Shown piece by piece: positions 12,401 through 23,586 of a stretch of 64,000 nucleotides of DNA (position 1 is its first letter; each line of letters starts with the position of its first letter). The position numbers were made by a program, and so were the translations under genes. The notes beneath the pieces were generated by a model that searched no databases, was not told where the DNA came from, and saw only the letters and a list, made by a program, of their open reading frames with translations. The stretch is from Rhina ancylostomus (Eukaryota): positions 19,340,768 through 19,404,767 of the forward strand of contig JARFYF010000017.1 of NCBI GenBank assembly GCA_030265395.1, in the 5' to 3' direction.

Positions 12401-14067
12401 AACTCTTGATCTACTCATGCTCCTGCTCATGTCCTCATGTTACTGTGGTTATTGGACTACGTCAGGCATCAGGTGTTAATTTGTGAAACCTGCAAAACAC
12501 CAGACATTTTGGTGTGGCACAAGGTGAGAACAGTCCAAGACAGAATGTTTCCAGGCAACGTCAAGCTTTCTGTGCTGTTACACTGCTTGTCTGTTCACAG
12601 AGGGTGTGTACAAACAGGGCATGGCCCAACCACCGTCACCCCACCCGACCAGTAATCAGTAAAGACACACATCAATGCATATATCTGTATAATATATCCC
12701 TGTTTTATGTCCCTTCAAAAGCAATCATATTTAAATTGCTGTATAAGTCCCAACAACCATTTCAAGCAGAGTAGTTGGTGCAGTTGTTAAGACAGAAAAA
12801 ATGTTGCTTAATGTTTTCAGTGAAGTCAGATTCTCCCTCAGGCTTGTCAATAGGAAATAGGAAATTGCCCATAATTTACTACCCAACCTATCTCTATTTC
12901 TTTTCCCCTCCTCTTAGAATGGGGTTTTACTTTTTCTTTAAAAGAAAGGCATTTCAGTCACTGCTGAGGAGCATGAAGACAATAAAACCTTTGCTCTGGA
13001 CAATGTAATAAGGAGTGTGTTCCAGTACAAGAGTGAAAGAGTGTGAAAGTTCTGCCAGCAAAGAACTTTTTGTGCTAATGTTCTGCTGATTTGTTTATAA
13101 CGTCAGCTCATTAGCACAACACTGGCAGAAGCTTGGAGCTGATATTTCATCTCTTTCCAGGTGTGTGTTGATCACGCGTTGATTATATTGTTACAATCAC
13201 CATGTCATTAGTTCCACTTGAGTAAAGCAGCTTAAACCTTGTACTTCAGTTCTGGTCATTTCAGGACTCTTACCCTTTCAAAGCAACCTTTCATACTTAT
13301 ATTTATAACATGAANNNNNNNNNNNNNNNNNNNNNNNNNNNNNNNNNNNNNNNNNNNNNNNNNNNNNNNNNNNNNNNNNNNNNNNNNNNNNNNNNNNNNN
13401 NNNNNNNNNNNNNNNNNNNNNNNNNNNNNNNNNNNNNNNNNNNNNNNNNNNNNNNNNNNNNNNNNNNNNNNNNNNNNNNNNNNNNNNNNNNNNNNNNNNN
13501 NNNNNNNNNNNNNNNNNNNNNNNNNNNNNNNNNNNNNNNNNNNNNNNNNNNNNNNNNNNNNNNNNNNNNNNNNNNNNNNNNNNNNNNNNNNNNNNNNNNN
13601 NNNNNNNNNNNNNNNNNNNNNNNNNNNNNNNNNNNNNNNNNNNNNNNNNNNNNNNNNNNNNNNNNNNNNNNNNNNNNNNNNNNNNNNNNNNNNNNNNNNN
13701 NNNNNNNNNNNNNNNNNNNNNNNNNNNNNNNNNNNNNNNNNNNNNNNNNNNNNNNNNNNNNNNNNNNNNNNNNNNNNNNNNNNNNNNNNNNNNNNNNNNN
13801 NNNNNNNNNNNNNNNNNNNNNNNNNNNNNNNNNNNNNNNNNNNNNNNNNNNNNNNNNNNNNNNNNNNNNNNNNNNNNNNNNNNNNNNNNNNNNNNNNNNN
13901 NNNNNNNNNNNNNNNNNNNNNNNNNNNNNNNNNNNNNNNNNNNNNNNNNNNNNNNNNNNNNNNNNNNNNNNNNNNNNNNNNNNNNNNNNNNNNNNNNNNN
14001 NNNNNNNNNNNNNNNNNNNNNNNNNNNNNNNNNNNNNNNNNNNNNNNNNNNNNNNNNNNNNNNNNNN

Positions 14068-14180
14068 CAGCACAGTACAGGCCCTTCAGCCCACAATGTT
14101 GTGCCAACATTTTATCCTGCTCTAAGATCTATCTTACCCTTCCATCCCACAAGCCCCCTATTTTTCTATCATTCATGGTT
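14068..14180 (-). mobile_element. CR1 3' UTR tail next to an N gap
   Basis: cagcacagtacaggcccttcagcccacaatgttgtgcc is the reverse complement of the tail seen at 44947-45000. Confidence 0.75.
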
Positions 14181-14184
14181 CAAT

Positions 14185-15750
14185 AGTCTTTCATGGCACA
14201 GTAATATTTCTGATGCAAATTCCTCCTCTCAGAGGAGGGGAACATGCCCTGGAATGATGGAGACAACATGATAATGACCACCTTCCAAGAAAGGATCACT
14301 GTCAGGTTGCAGCAGTTGTCAAGGGATCTCCTTGCTGTTTGCCACAGGGAAAGTCATCGAAAGAAACCTCCGCAACAGCCTCCTCCCAATTGGCGAACAT
14401 CTTCTCCTAAAGTCACAATTCAGACTCCCTCCATCCGGAGGTACAAGGGATTAACCATCACTGTGCAACAAGTGCAAGAAAACTGTGGAGAGCAGCAACA
14501 ATCACTGGACTCAGCCTTTTGTTGCTGAGGGCTCAACAGAGCAGATGTAAGCAGGATGATCAATGAGTCCAGAATTAGGTCTTAGAGTCATAAAATAAAG
14601 GTGGACCATTTAGGACAGTGATGAGGAAAAATTTCTTTAGAGGGGAATCTTTGGAATTACCAGAGGGCTGTGAGTGCTCAGTCATTGATTGCTTTTAAAA
14701 CAGCAGTCAATGCATTTCTGGATATTAAAGAATCAAGGGATGTGGGTACAGTGTAAGAAAATGGTTTTGAGGTGGATCAGCCCTGATCACCGTTGCACGA
14801 TAAAGGAGAAGTGAGGAGCCAAATGGGCTACTGCTGCTCCTAGCTCCTATTTCTTACGCTTGTCAATCTCAGAAAAGCCTTTAATTCCATTGGCTGAGAG
14901 GGATATGGAGAATCCTCCTTGAGTTTTGTAGTTCTCACACATCCCATATCATTCTATGCCTGCTACATGGTGAGATGATCCTATTCATTGGAATCCACCA
15001 CAGTTTCACATCCAATGCAGACTGGAGCCAAGCACTTCCCAATCTCCCTTACTGCACACTTCAGCTCATTTCCATCAAGCTCTCTGATGGATTGTTTCTC
15101 TACCAGACAAATGGAAAACCATTCAACCTTGGTTGCCTCCAATCCAGAACCTAGAATAGCCAACCCTTAGTCGTTGAGTTATGGCACACAGATATCAGTG
15201 GTGTATGTGCGCATTCAGAAGCTGAGTTCCAAGTCATCACTTACTCCTTCACAGAAGGTCCCACACCAGAAGGCAACTTGCCACCAATGTACAACACCGT
15301 CCCTCCAACAATCATACCTATGACAAGACGTCGGAAAATTGGATTCATTTTCCATATCTGACAAGCCACTTCTCAGCAAATGTGGTTATCAACAATGAAA
15401 GCAATTACTGCATCAACTGCCCCTTTACAGCCTTTGACCATTTAAAAATCAAGACCTCCAACCTCGCACTAAGCTCAAATCTACCGGTGGGATAGGTGAG
15501 CCTATGCCACTATCCTCTCCCAACTAACAACATCCCCAGAATAGATGGTCTAATGACACTCAGTCATCTTCACCAGGTGACTCGTGTCATTTGCATGTTT
15601 GACAACAGACTCCCCAAAAAAAAAGCTTGATACTCCAAGTTCTGTAATGACACAAGATTGCCTGGAGAACAGAGAAAACACTTCTAGAAACATCCTCTTT
15701 GGCTCTTGGGAATCTTCCTCTCAGGTGGAGAAGAAGCATCAGGAAGGTAA
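14185..15750 (+). mobile_element. RTE-clade LINE RT fragment interrupted by CR1
   Basis: Peptides VQQVQENCGEQQQSL (RTE RQLQEKCREQ), KAFNSI..EG.WRIL, YQTNGKPFNL, FPYL and the C-terminal EQRKHF..RWRRSI. Confidence 0.8.
14530..14860 (+). mobile_element. CR1 3' end nested in RTE
   Basis: gagtccagaattaggtc...catttaggacagtgatgagga...ctactgctgctcctagctcctatttctta is a CR1 3' terminus. Confidence 0.75.
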
Positions 15751-16136
15751 TTGAAGCCCCATTTAACCAAGTGATGGAAAAGCAGCAGAACCAATTCAAT
15801 CTAGTGCCTTCAGTTTGGAACCTCAGATCAGAGGTAAGAAGAGATGACTAACGATTACATAGTTTAAGAAAAAACCTTTGCAGCATTACAATTTCGGTGC
15901 AATCTTACATTGCACGCTGCAAGATAAGTTTGTGTGTGATGTACCTAATGAGTGCATGCAATCCAACTTACTAAGCATACTGAATCGAACCTCCAAACAG
16001 GCAAGCAAGATAGCTACATCTGACTAAATGACCTCTAAAAATGTGAAGAAATTTTACCCAGACTAGACCATTAGTTTAAACATTGTATCAACTGTGGCAA
16101 GAAGTCAGGAGTTCCAACGCTGGGTTCAGGTCATAC

Positions 16137-16200
16137 CAAAGTCAAAGTCGAGTTTATTGTCATATTTACATGTACGTGTATGCACAGGTGCAATGAAAAC
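16137..16200 (-). mobile_element. Short retroposon 3' tail inserted in Gypsy
   Basis: caaagtcaaagtcgagtttattgtcat...tacatgtac...cacaggtgcaatgaaa is the reverse of a Rex1-type tail (gacaataaa plus a short tandem repeat). Confidence 0.55.
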
Positions 16201-17282
16201 TATGCATAATGGGTGTCAAAAATGGATCTGGCAGAACTCTGTTCCTGTTCAACGCAAGTTTGTCAGTTCAGGTCAGCAAAGTGTTTTAATTATAGAAAGG
16301 AAAGACATCAACACCTGTATGCAGGGCGAAGCAGTATTTACAGCAAGCCAAAATAATGGCAGCCAATCTGGCATCCCATTGGAAGGGAAAAGCTATAAAA
16401 GAAACTTACAGTAGGAGGTTTACATTACATTGAGGAGGGTGAGCAATAGCACATGTGCCGTAATGTGATGAAAAGAAAAACAGTTTCAAAATTAAAGATT
16501 AATAATCAAGTCATCAACTTGAATATTCAATGAAAATCAGAGAACTGCAAACATGAATATTATACATTCATAGATTGATCTATCACAGGAAACAAAATGT
16601 AAGACCAGAGGTTCACTGAGTTGTCATCAGCAAAGAGCGCATTAAAGTTGAGAAAATATTATGGCAAGACGTTGAAAATATTAAAACAAAAGGAATTTGT
16701 CTTCCTCCATAATGGACAAAAGGCAAGGCTGCCAGTTTTCGTGGTTGACTATTTGAAGAAACAAAGTCTCCTATGGAGAAATTGATTGGAACAGTTGAGG
16801 ATTGATCAAAAAATTTATTTGGTGTTAATGCATTACAACAATGTTCAAATAAAGCTTCTGCAATGATATGAATATACATTAAAGGATTTATACCTGGGCA
16901 TTAAAGGACACTAAGCTCATTAAAATACCAAACCAAATGTCAAACCAATCTAGACCAATGGGTTATCGACTGAAAGCTCAAGTAGAAAACAAGAAACTGG
17001 AGAAACATTGGGTATTAGTGAAAGTGGCAGAGAATGATTGTGTGGTGGTACTTAATGCAGAGTCTGGCTCTGTGGAGATTACAGTAACCTTATTAGAACA
17101 GTGGTTGACAAATAGCACCCTAACTATGTATCTCAAGATTTCTACGCTTCAACATAAAGTTGAGCTGTAAAAAAGGATATGTAAAAGCAAGTGATTTATT
17201 TAGATTTGGAAGGATATAAAAGTGTACTGCAGAAAGTTAAAGAGCAAGTTGAGGCCATTACCACAGCCAGAAAATCTGATCA

Positions 17283-17883
17283 CATTGGTGAGGTCAAGAG
17301 CATTGAGAGTTTCAACTTCCTGGGAGTGAACATCACCAATAGTCTGTCCTGGTCCAACCACGTAGATGCCGAGGCCAAGAAAGCTCACCATCGCCCTTAC
17401 TTCCTCAGGAGGCTAAAGAAATTTGGCATGTCCCCATCGATCCACACCAATTTTTCCCAATGCACCATAGAAAACATCCTATCTGGATGCATCATGGTTC
17501 GGTATGGCAACTGCTCTGCCTGGGACCACAAGAAACTGCAGAGAGTTGTGGACACAGCTCAGCACATTCAGAGAAGATACAAAAGCCTGAAAGTATGTTC
17601 CACCAGGCTCAAGGGCAGCTTCTACCCCACTGTTGTAAGAATATTGAATGGTTCCCTCGTATGATAAAACGGAATTTTGACCTCACAATCTACCTCATTA
17701 TGACTTTGCACCTTATTGTCTACCTGCACTGCACTTTGGCTGTTTCACTTTATTCTGCTATTGTTTTACCTTGTACGACCTCAATGCATCTGTAGTGAAT
17801 TGATCTGTATGAACAGTATTCAAGGCAAGCTTTTTATAATACCTCTGTACATGTGAAAATAATAAACCATTTCCAATTTCAAT
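17283..17883 (+). mobile_element. Rex1/Babar LINE 3' fragment nested in Gypsy
   Basis: ESFNFLGVNITNSLSWSNHVD..KKAH.R.YFLRRLKKFGMS..ENILSGCI..RYGNCS..DHKKLQRVV, plus a 3' UTR shared with 47373-48207. Confidence 0.9.
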
Positions 17884-18594
17884 GGGGGAAAGATCAGCAG
17901 AACACAACCTCTTAAAGTGTTACTCCAAGCATGGAAGTGGTGTCCAAGACCATTTAGATTAATCTGAAAATGGTGTGAACATTGTTTCAGTATTAATTGA
18001 CAGCCATTTGAAGTAGTTAAAAGTAGGATCCTGCACCACCACAGGGTGCACAACGGAGGAACTGAAATCTATTTTTGCCACACATAGAAGTCCCAAAGAA
18101 GGTGTTTCAGATGAAGATCCAGAATAATGATCATTTCGGTTTAAACAAATCATGAACAGTAATGGAATAAAGCATCACTTCACTTCTTGTTACCACCTAG
18201 CTTCAGCGAGGAAGTGAAGAAGTCATTTCACACAATGAAGGAGACATTGAAGAAGCAAGTCATGGAATATCAATTGAACTTCACCATGAATCATCAAACG
18301 GCAGCATTTCTTCTAAGCTTTAGAACAACACCATACTCCATAACAGGATGCAGTCCTGGTAATGAACAAGTTAGCTCTCACTCATTCCAATTTGGAAGCA
18401 AAAGTGTAGGAAAGGAAGTTCCAATAAAGTAAATGTCATGGTACAAGCCACAAAGAGAAGAGTTGCACTCAGCATGACTGGGTTTATGCAATTAAACTCA
18501 CTCCACCCCAAGCAGGTCAGAGATAAGTAGATATCAAGGAAAAAGTTGAAGTACATGGATCTAGGAATTACCATGTGAATAATAGAAGCCAAGA

Positions 18595-18905
18595 AAATAG
18601 GAATCATTCAATATGATCATGGCTGATCATCCACTAAAGCACCCTATTCCTGATTGCCTCCCATATTCCTTGATCCCTTTAGCATTATATCTACCTTCTT
18701 CTTGAATTTTTTTNNNNNNNNNNTCTCCACTGTCCCTTGTGGCAGAGAATTTCACAGGTTCACTATCCTCTGGGAAAAGTTTTCTATGATCTTGGTTCTA
18801 AATGGCATACCCCATTCCAAAGGTTGTGACTCATGTTTCTGAATCCCTGAGCTATCAGGAACATGTTCCCTGCATCTTGTCTGTCTAGTCCTGCTTGAAC
18901 TTTGG
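18595..18905 (-). mobile_element. CR1 3' fragment
   Basis: cattcaatatgatcatggctgatc...tctccactgtcccttgtggcagagaatttcacagg is the reverse of a CR1 3' end. Confidence 0.75.
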
Positions 18906-19879
18906 AAGTTAATGAAAATGTTAAATGTCCATACAGACCTAACTCAGGACGCTGGATACTGTGAGACTGAAGGTGTTGCTTAATTGAATCCCATAGTTGT
19001 TCAAGAAGAGGGGCTAGGAAGAGGATTACAGAAGGAAGAATGGAGAAAGGAAACAGTGAGGGAAGGGATCACAGGGCTGGTTGTCAGCAGCAATGAGCAG
19101 ACAGGAGCAATGAAAGTGATCATCAAGAAAGAACACTGAAACAAGGTCTGACCTAGAAAAAGTTGAATGACAGCAGCAGCCTAGGAAAGGTTGAGTTTCC
19201 TTTAATTAACACTGAAGCAAGGCCCATTCTCCAGTGAAGGCCTATTTCAGTAGACAAGGGTGGAACCATGCATGAACCTCATCTGCACAGCACCATTTGG
19301 ATGGATGTTACAGAGCATTGAATGTCACTGTGTATATACAGCAACCTCTGAGCAGATGTGTGTCCTCAGCATAGAGATCTGCATCTAAGTTACAGAAGTT
19401 CACACTGAAGTTGGACTTCTGATAAAATTCCATCATGCAGCACATAAAAACATTGCACCACACAATAGAATTTCTTGGCCATGGTCTTTCCTTACCTATA
19501 TCAATTATATTTAACATGTTCATTAACATAATTTAATTAGCAGCAAGAAGATAATCTTTAGAGACAAAGGATGAAAACTAACAGTACTTAAAAAATTATA
19601 TCTCCTGAATTTAGAATTCTCAGCTTTGGTTACTCCATTTTCTCCACTTTTGCTTCCAAACTGGAATGAACAGATCTCGTATCCCTGCAGGTTTCAATGC
19701 ACAAGCTCCTCGTTTCAACTAAATCACTCGATCAAACAAGTGCTGATCTCTCCTCCAATATTTTTATAATGTAAGTGTTCAAATAAAATGGATATACAAA
19801 GACTGCTTCAGTGCTTCAATATACTTTTATTTCCCTCAGTTACTTGATGTTCATTGGAGTATGGAGGGGGTGGAGCAGT

Positions 19880-20285
19880 TAAGGCTAATTTGGAAACACT
19901 TTTGCCTTTGAGTGAGAAAGTTATGGATTCAAGAGAATTAATGCATAATAATCCAGATTGACATTTCAGGTCAGTACTCAGGGAGTGCTGCTCTTGCTGT
20001 GGTGTGTGTTCTTCTGCTGAAAATTTTAAGTCCTGTGTACTTTCTGAGGTAGATACTATTTCTGTAGTAGAACAGGAAAGTTATTTATTATGTCCCAGCC
20101 AATATTCAGACTACCAACAGCACCCCTTTTAAAAGATGCTGATTATCTAGTAATTTTCGCAGTTGTTTGTGGGAGCTTGCTATGTATAAATAGATACCAC
20201 TTTTCATATTTTAACAAGGATTACGAAACAATTTGGAATATGCTGAGGTTCTAAAGGGTTCAGTATAAATGCAAATCCTTTCTTT
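19880..20285 (+). mobile_element. SacSINE1/Deu-SINE-like element
   Basis: tRNA-like head, core cagtactcagggagtgctgc, tgtttgtgggagcttgc, and tail tataaatgcaa-tctttcttt. Confidence 0.7.
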
Positions 20286-21099
20286 GAGAAGGCTAATCGT
20301 TAGTTCCTGTAGTCTTCAGGATAATCCAGAATTTCCTCTCTGCTCATTTCCATGGGCACTTAGGCTATTGGTCTTGTTGTGAGCAGTTGGGGTAAATTTG
20401 AATTTCTCATTGGCTGACAGTGCCAGCATCAGTTCATGTCATTTTCATGGTCAAGACATGGTAAAGTGCAGCTATTAGCAACAGGCCATTGGACCATCCG
20501 GTAGTCCAGGACATTGACACTGCCTGCTTTGTGGAAGCAGCAATTACAATGGAATCAGTGTTCTGTGTGTGACATGAATTTCAGACTGTTGATTGCTTGA
20601 TTCCGACTGACATCTTAGCCATCCAGTACAAAACTTCATTGCAAATGCCAGTAAAGCAAGATCCAAGTGACAAGTATGTTCCATTTTACTCTGCTGAGCA
20701 ATCTGTCTCTAACAGGCAGAGCAGACAGAAAGAGTTAAATCCAAAGTTACTTTTTCTATCCTTCTCTATTCCCTCCACCCTCATGGAATGTACACCTCTG
20801 CCCCCTCCCCCTGCCTTCTGTTACTCATTCAATGTGATGTATTATGAGGTGGTTTGATATCACAATAGTGGAACTACTCAGAATTTCTGTAAGTAGCTGT
20901 AAGAGATATTGACATTTTCAGAATTGGTTTTTACTCCTGAAATGCAAACTAACAACTAACAATGTGATTACATCACACACAAAATTACCTTATTATGCTT
21001 TATATAATGGACTATTTTACATATGTACACATAAATATACTGCAATAATCTCCTTTTGGTAAAGTGTTTAAGCTGTGATTTGGTCTCTGACTTGCAGTT

Positions 21100-22880
21100 G
21101 TCTTATGATCTGAAGACACTGACTTTTCCTCCAATTCATACCAAGTATCATTTCAGATAACACATTTCTTCACCAATATCCACCAGTCCAATGCATAGTA
21201 CTGGTTTGCTGCTCTCAGGACTGATAATGTATCATATCAGTTGAAGTGCTTCTCTTTGCCCCTTCTCAAGCAGTTGTCAAGATTTGAATCAAGAGCTTGC
21301 TTTCATTTCAAATGCTGGTCCTCCACTCTCTTGTCCAACCAAAGTTGTTCTAGATGGTTGAGGTCATAAACAGCTCTGCTGGGATGCATCCTGTGGTGGA
21401 ATGTTACATTATACAATATTTGAAAGAAACTTCGGTAAGTGATGATTCGTAATTAAATTTGAAAATCCTTAGAAAAGTTGTCTCTTTAAAACTTCTTTCA
21501 GAAAACAGCAGATCTTTCAGCTGCACTACTAAAGGCTGAATGGTACTGGGAAGTAAGGTGTGTTTGATATTGATCCTCATCATGAAGGATTCAAACAGAC
21601 ACCTAGTGAATTAAGGTCAGTTGCCTGACATCACTTCCTGCAGTACTCCAAGTGTCACAACAATTGATCTCAGCTCCTCATTTATACGTCTTTGCTGTCC
21701 TTCACAATGACACATGTCAAGCTTCAGTCCATTTTGAGTGTGCATGGATAGGACTAGAAAGTGCCATTGTTCTTCTGACAGCAGTTAAATTAGATTCTCA
21801 GAAATTGTTGTGAAAGCCACCTTCATATCAGTATCGGGCCAATATACAAGGGTTCTGGCAAAAGCTTTCCTGTTTTCAATGCCAGTATGTTATGATTGTC
21901 AACACCTTTGCCAAATCTGGAATGCACCTCAAGTAATATTGGACTGTACCCAAAAAGGATCTTAACTCTGCCACGTTGTTTGGTCTCAACTTTTACAACA
22001 TTTCAACTTTGTTCCTGATAAGTTGTAAATCATTGGTATCCAATTTTTGTCCCAAATAGATAACTTCAGTTTAAAGGAGTGTTTCTTAACTTTCCTTTCA
22101 CATTCTGGTGAAATAGTCATTTGAGGACCTCTCGCAAAATGCGAAGGTTGCCTTCTTCATTAGTAGTGACCATGAGGAGGTCATTTGGGTTGCTTAAGCA
22201 AAGGTATAAGCTTTATAAGAGTTTGTCCACCGTGAACTGGAAGATTGTTGGTGAGAATTTGGAAACTTTGTTTAAGAATACAGATCCTTAATCATATGTA
22301 CAGTGAGGAAAGCTTAGTGTTTTTGTCTACATTTAATTGAGTGTGCACACACGACAAGTTATCATTGTGATGAACTTGACTCCCTCCAGTTTTGCATAAA
22401 GAATTTATGGTGTCAGTAAAAAATTGTTCATCGTTGATTGTCCTGCTTGAGGTTCATTTTATAGTCTGGTAACCTTGGTATAGCCTATTTACTTTGTGTG
22501 TTTTCCTTGGATCCCATTCTTTGCCAGTTTATCGAATTCTTTTTCCATTTTACTCTTTAGTGAATATGGTACTGGTTGAGGAACACATTACTCAAGGTTG
22601 GCATTAGGCTTGATACAGATGTATGACCTTGTTTGCAGTAAGGACAGTGTCAGAATCCTTGAAAATGCCTCAAAGTTGTGTAATACTTCTCCAAAAGTGA
22701 TTTCAGAGAACATACATGGGCACAAAACATATTTCTCTAATTGATTTTTATTTTGCTTAGCCAAAATTTGCCTAATAGTGTTGATTTCTTTACGTAGTTG
22801 GTTACAACTTTTGGCAGTTTTAATCATTAACTGTGTGCACTTCACTTGAGTTAGCATATTTAGTGCTTCATCAGAATATG
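21100..22880 (-). mobile_element. Ty3/Gypsy pol relic (RT and integrase)
   Basis: Minus strand: PVPYSLKSKMEKEFDKLAKNGI, PTIFQFTVDKLL, DLLMVTTNEEGNLRILREVLK, IYLGQKLD, PNNVAELRSFLGTVQYYLRCIPDLAKVL, IKHTLLP.YH and HSTTGCIPAELFM. Confidence 0.85.
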
Positions 22881-22894
22881 TTTTGATTCTAAAC

Positions 22895-23280
22895 GTGAAT
22901 GATAGGGCCCCAGAGAGTGTTGTAGAACAGGAAAACCTAGGAGTACAAGTAGATAGTTCCCTGGAAGTGACATCACAGGTAGACAGGGTGGTGAAGAAGG
23001 CTTTTGGCACACTGGCCTTCATCAGTTAGGGACTGAGTATAGAGGTTGGGATTGGCCTCACCAATATCTTGTACACTTAGAGTATTGTGTTCAGTTTTTG
23101 TCACCCTGCTGTAGGAAAGATGCCGTTAAGCTGGAAAGAGTGCAGAAAAGATTTACAAGGATGTTGTCAGGTCTCGAGGGAGAACTTGGGCTTGGAGCAT
23201 AGGAGACTGAGGGGTGAGCTTATAGAGGTGTATAAAATCAAGAGGGACATAAATAGGGTGAATATACACAGTCCTTTTCT
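22895..23280 (+). mobile_element. CR1 RT C-terminal fragment
   Basis: [40 protein letters not shown] and RRLRGELIEVYKI. Confidence 0.9.
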
Positions 23281-23287
23281 AAATATC

Positions 23288-23586
23288 GGCAGGCATGGTA
23301 GCGTAGCGGTTGGCATAACGCTTTACAGTGCCAGCAACCCGGGTTTGATTCTGGCCGCTATCTGTAAGGAGTTTGTATGTTCTCCCCGTGTCTGCGTGGG
23401 TTTCCTCTGGGTGCTCTGGTTTCATCCCACATTCCAAAGATGTACAGGTTAGGGGGTTGTGGGTGTGCTATGTTGGCGCCGGAAGCATGGAAACACTTGC
23501 GGGCTGCCCCCAGAACATTCTACGCAAAAGATGCATTTCACAGTATGTTTCAATGTGCATGTAACTAACAAAGAAATCTTGATCTT
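23288..23586 (+). mobile_element. Full-length tRNA-derived V-SINE
   Basis: A-box-like ggtagcgtagcgg, B-box ggtttgattc, V-domain gtttgtatgttctccccgtgtctgcgtgggtttcctctgggtgctctggtttc, and 3' tail catttcacag...atgtaactaacaaa(atctt)n. Confidence 0.9.

Larger units (their letters stand above)
15770..18590 (+). mobile_element. Ty3/Gypsy LTR retrotransposon internal relic (gag-RT-integrase)
   Basis: gag-like YNFGA.LHCTLQDKFVC; RT start SRPMGYRLKAQVE; integrase WKWCPRP, GSPKEGVSD, NGIKH, YHLAS and FLLSFRTTPYSITGCSP. Many stops; no LTRs recognised. Confidence 0.8.

Noticed and set aside
13161-13200. ttccag|GTGTGTGTTGAT, resembling the short FANCA exon starting VTVDV
   Set aside because: No donor at the expected position and the peptide diverges at once.
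13256-14125. Long ORFs in the track (also 43661-44389 and 63628-63993)
   Set aside because: They consist mostly of X from N-runs.
19691-19770. Exon-like segment ctgcag|GTTTCA...ATAAT|gtaagt with one open frame (VSMHKLLVSTKSLDQTSADLSSNIFI)
   Set aside because: No convincing match to the FANCA exons expected upstream, and it abuts a Gypsy-like fragment. It could be a cryptic exon but is unsupported.
23288-23360. tRNA-like A and B boxes
   Set aside because: These are SINE heads continuing into a V-domain, not tRNA genes.
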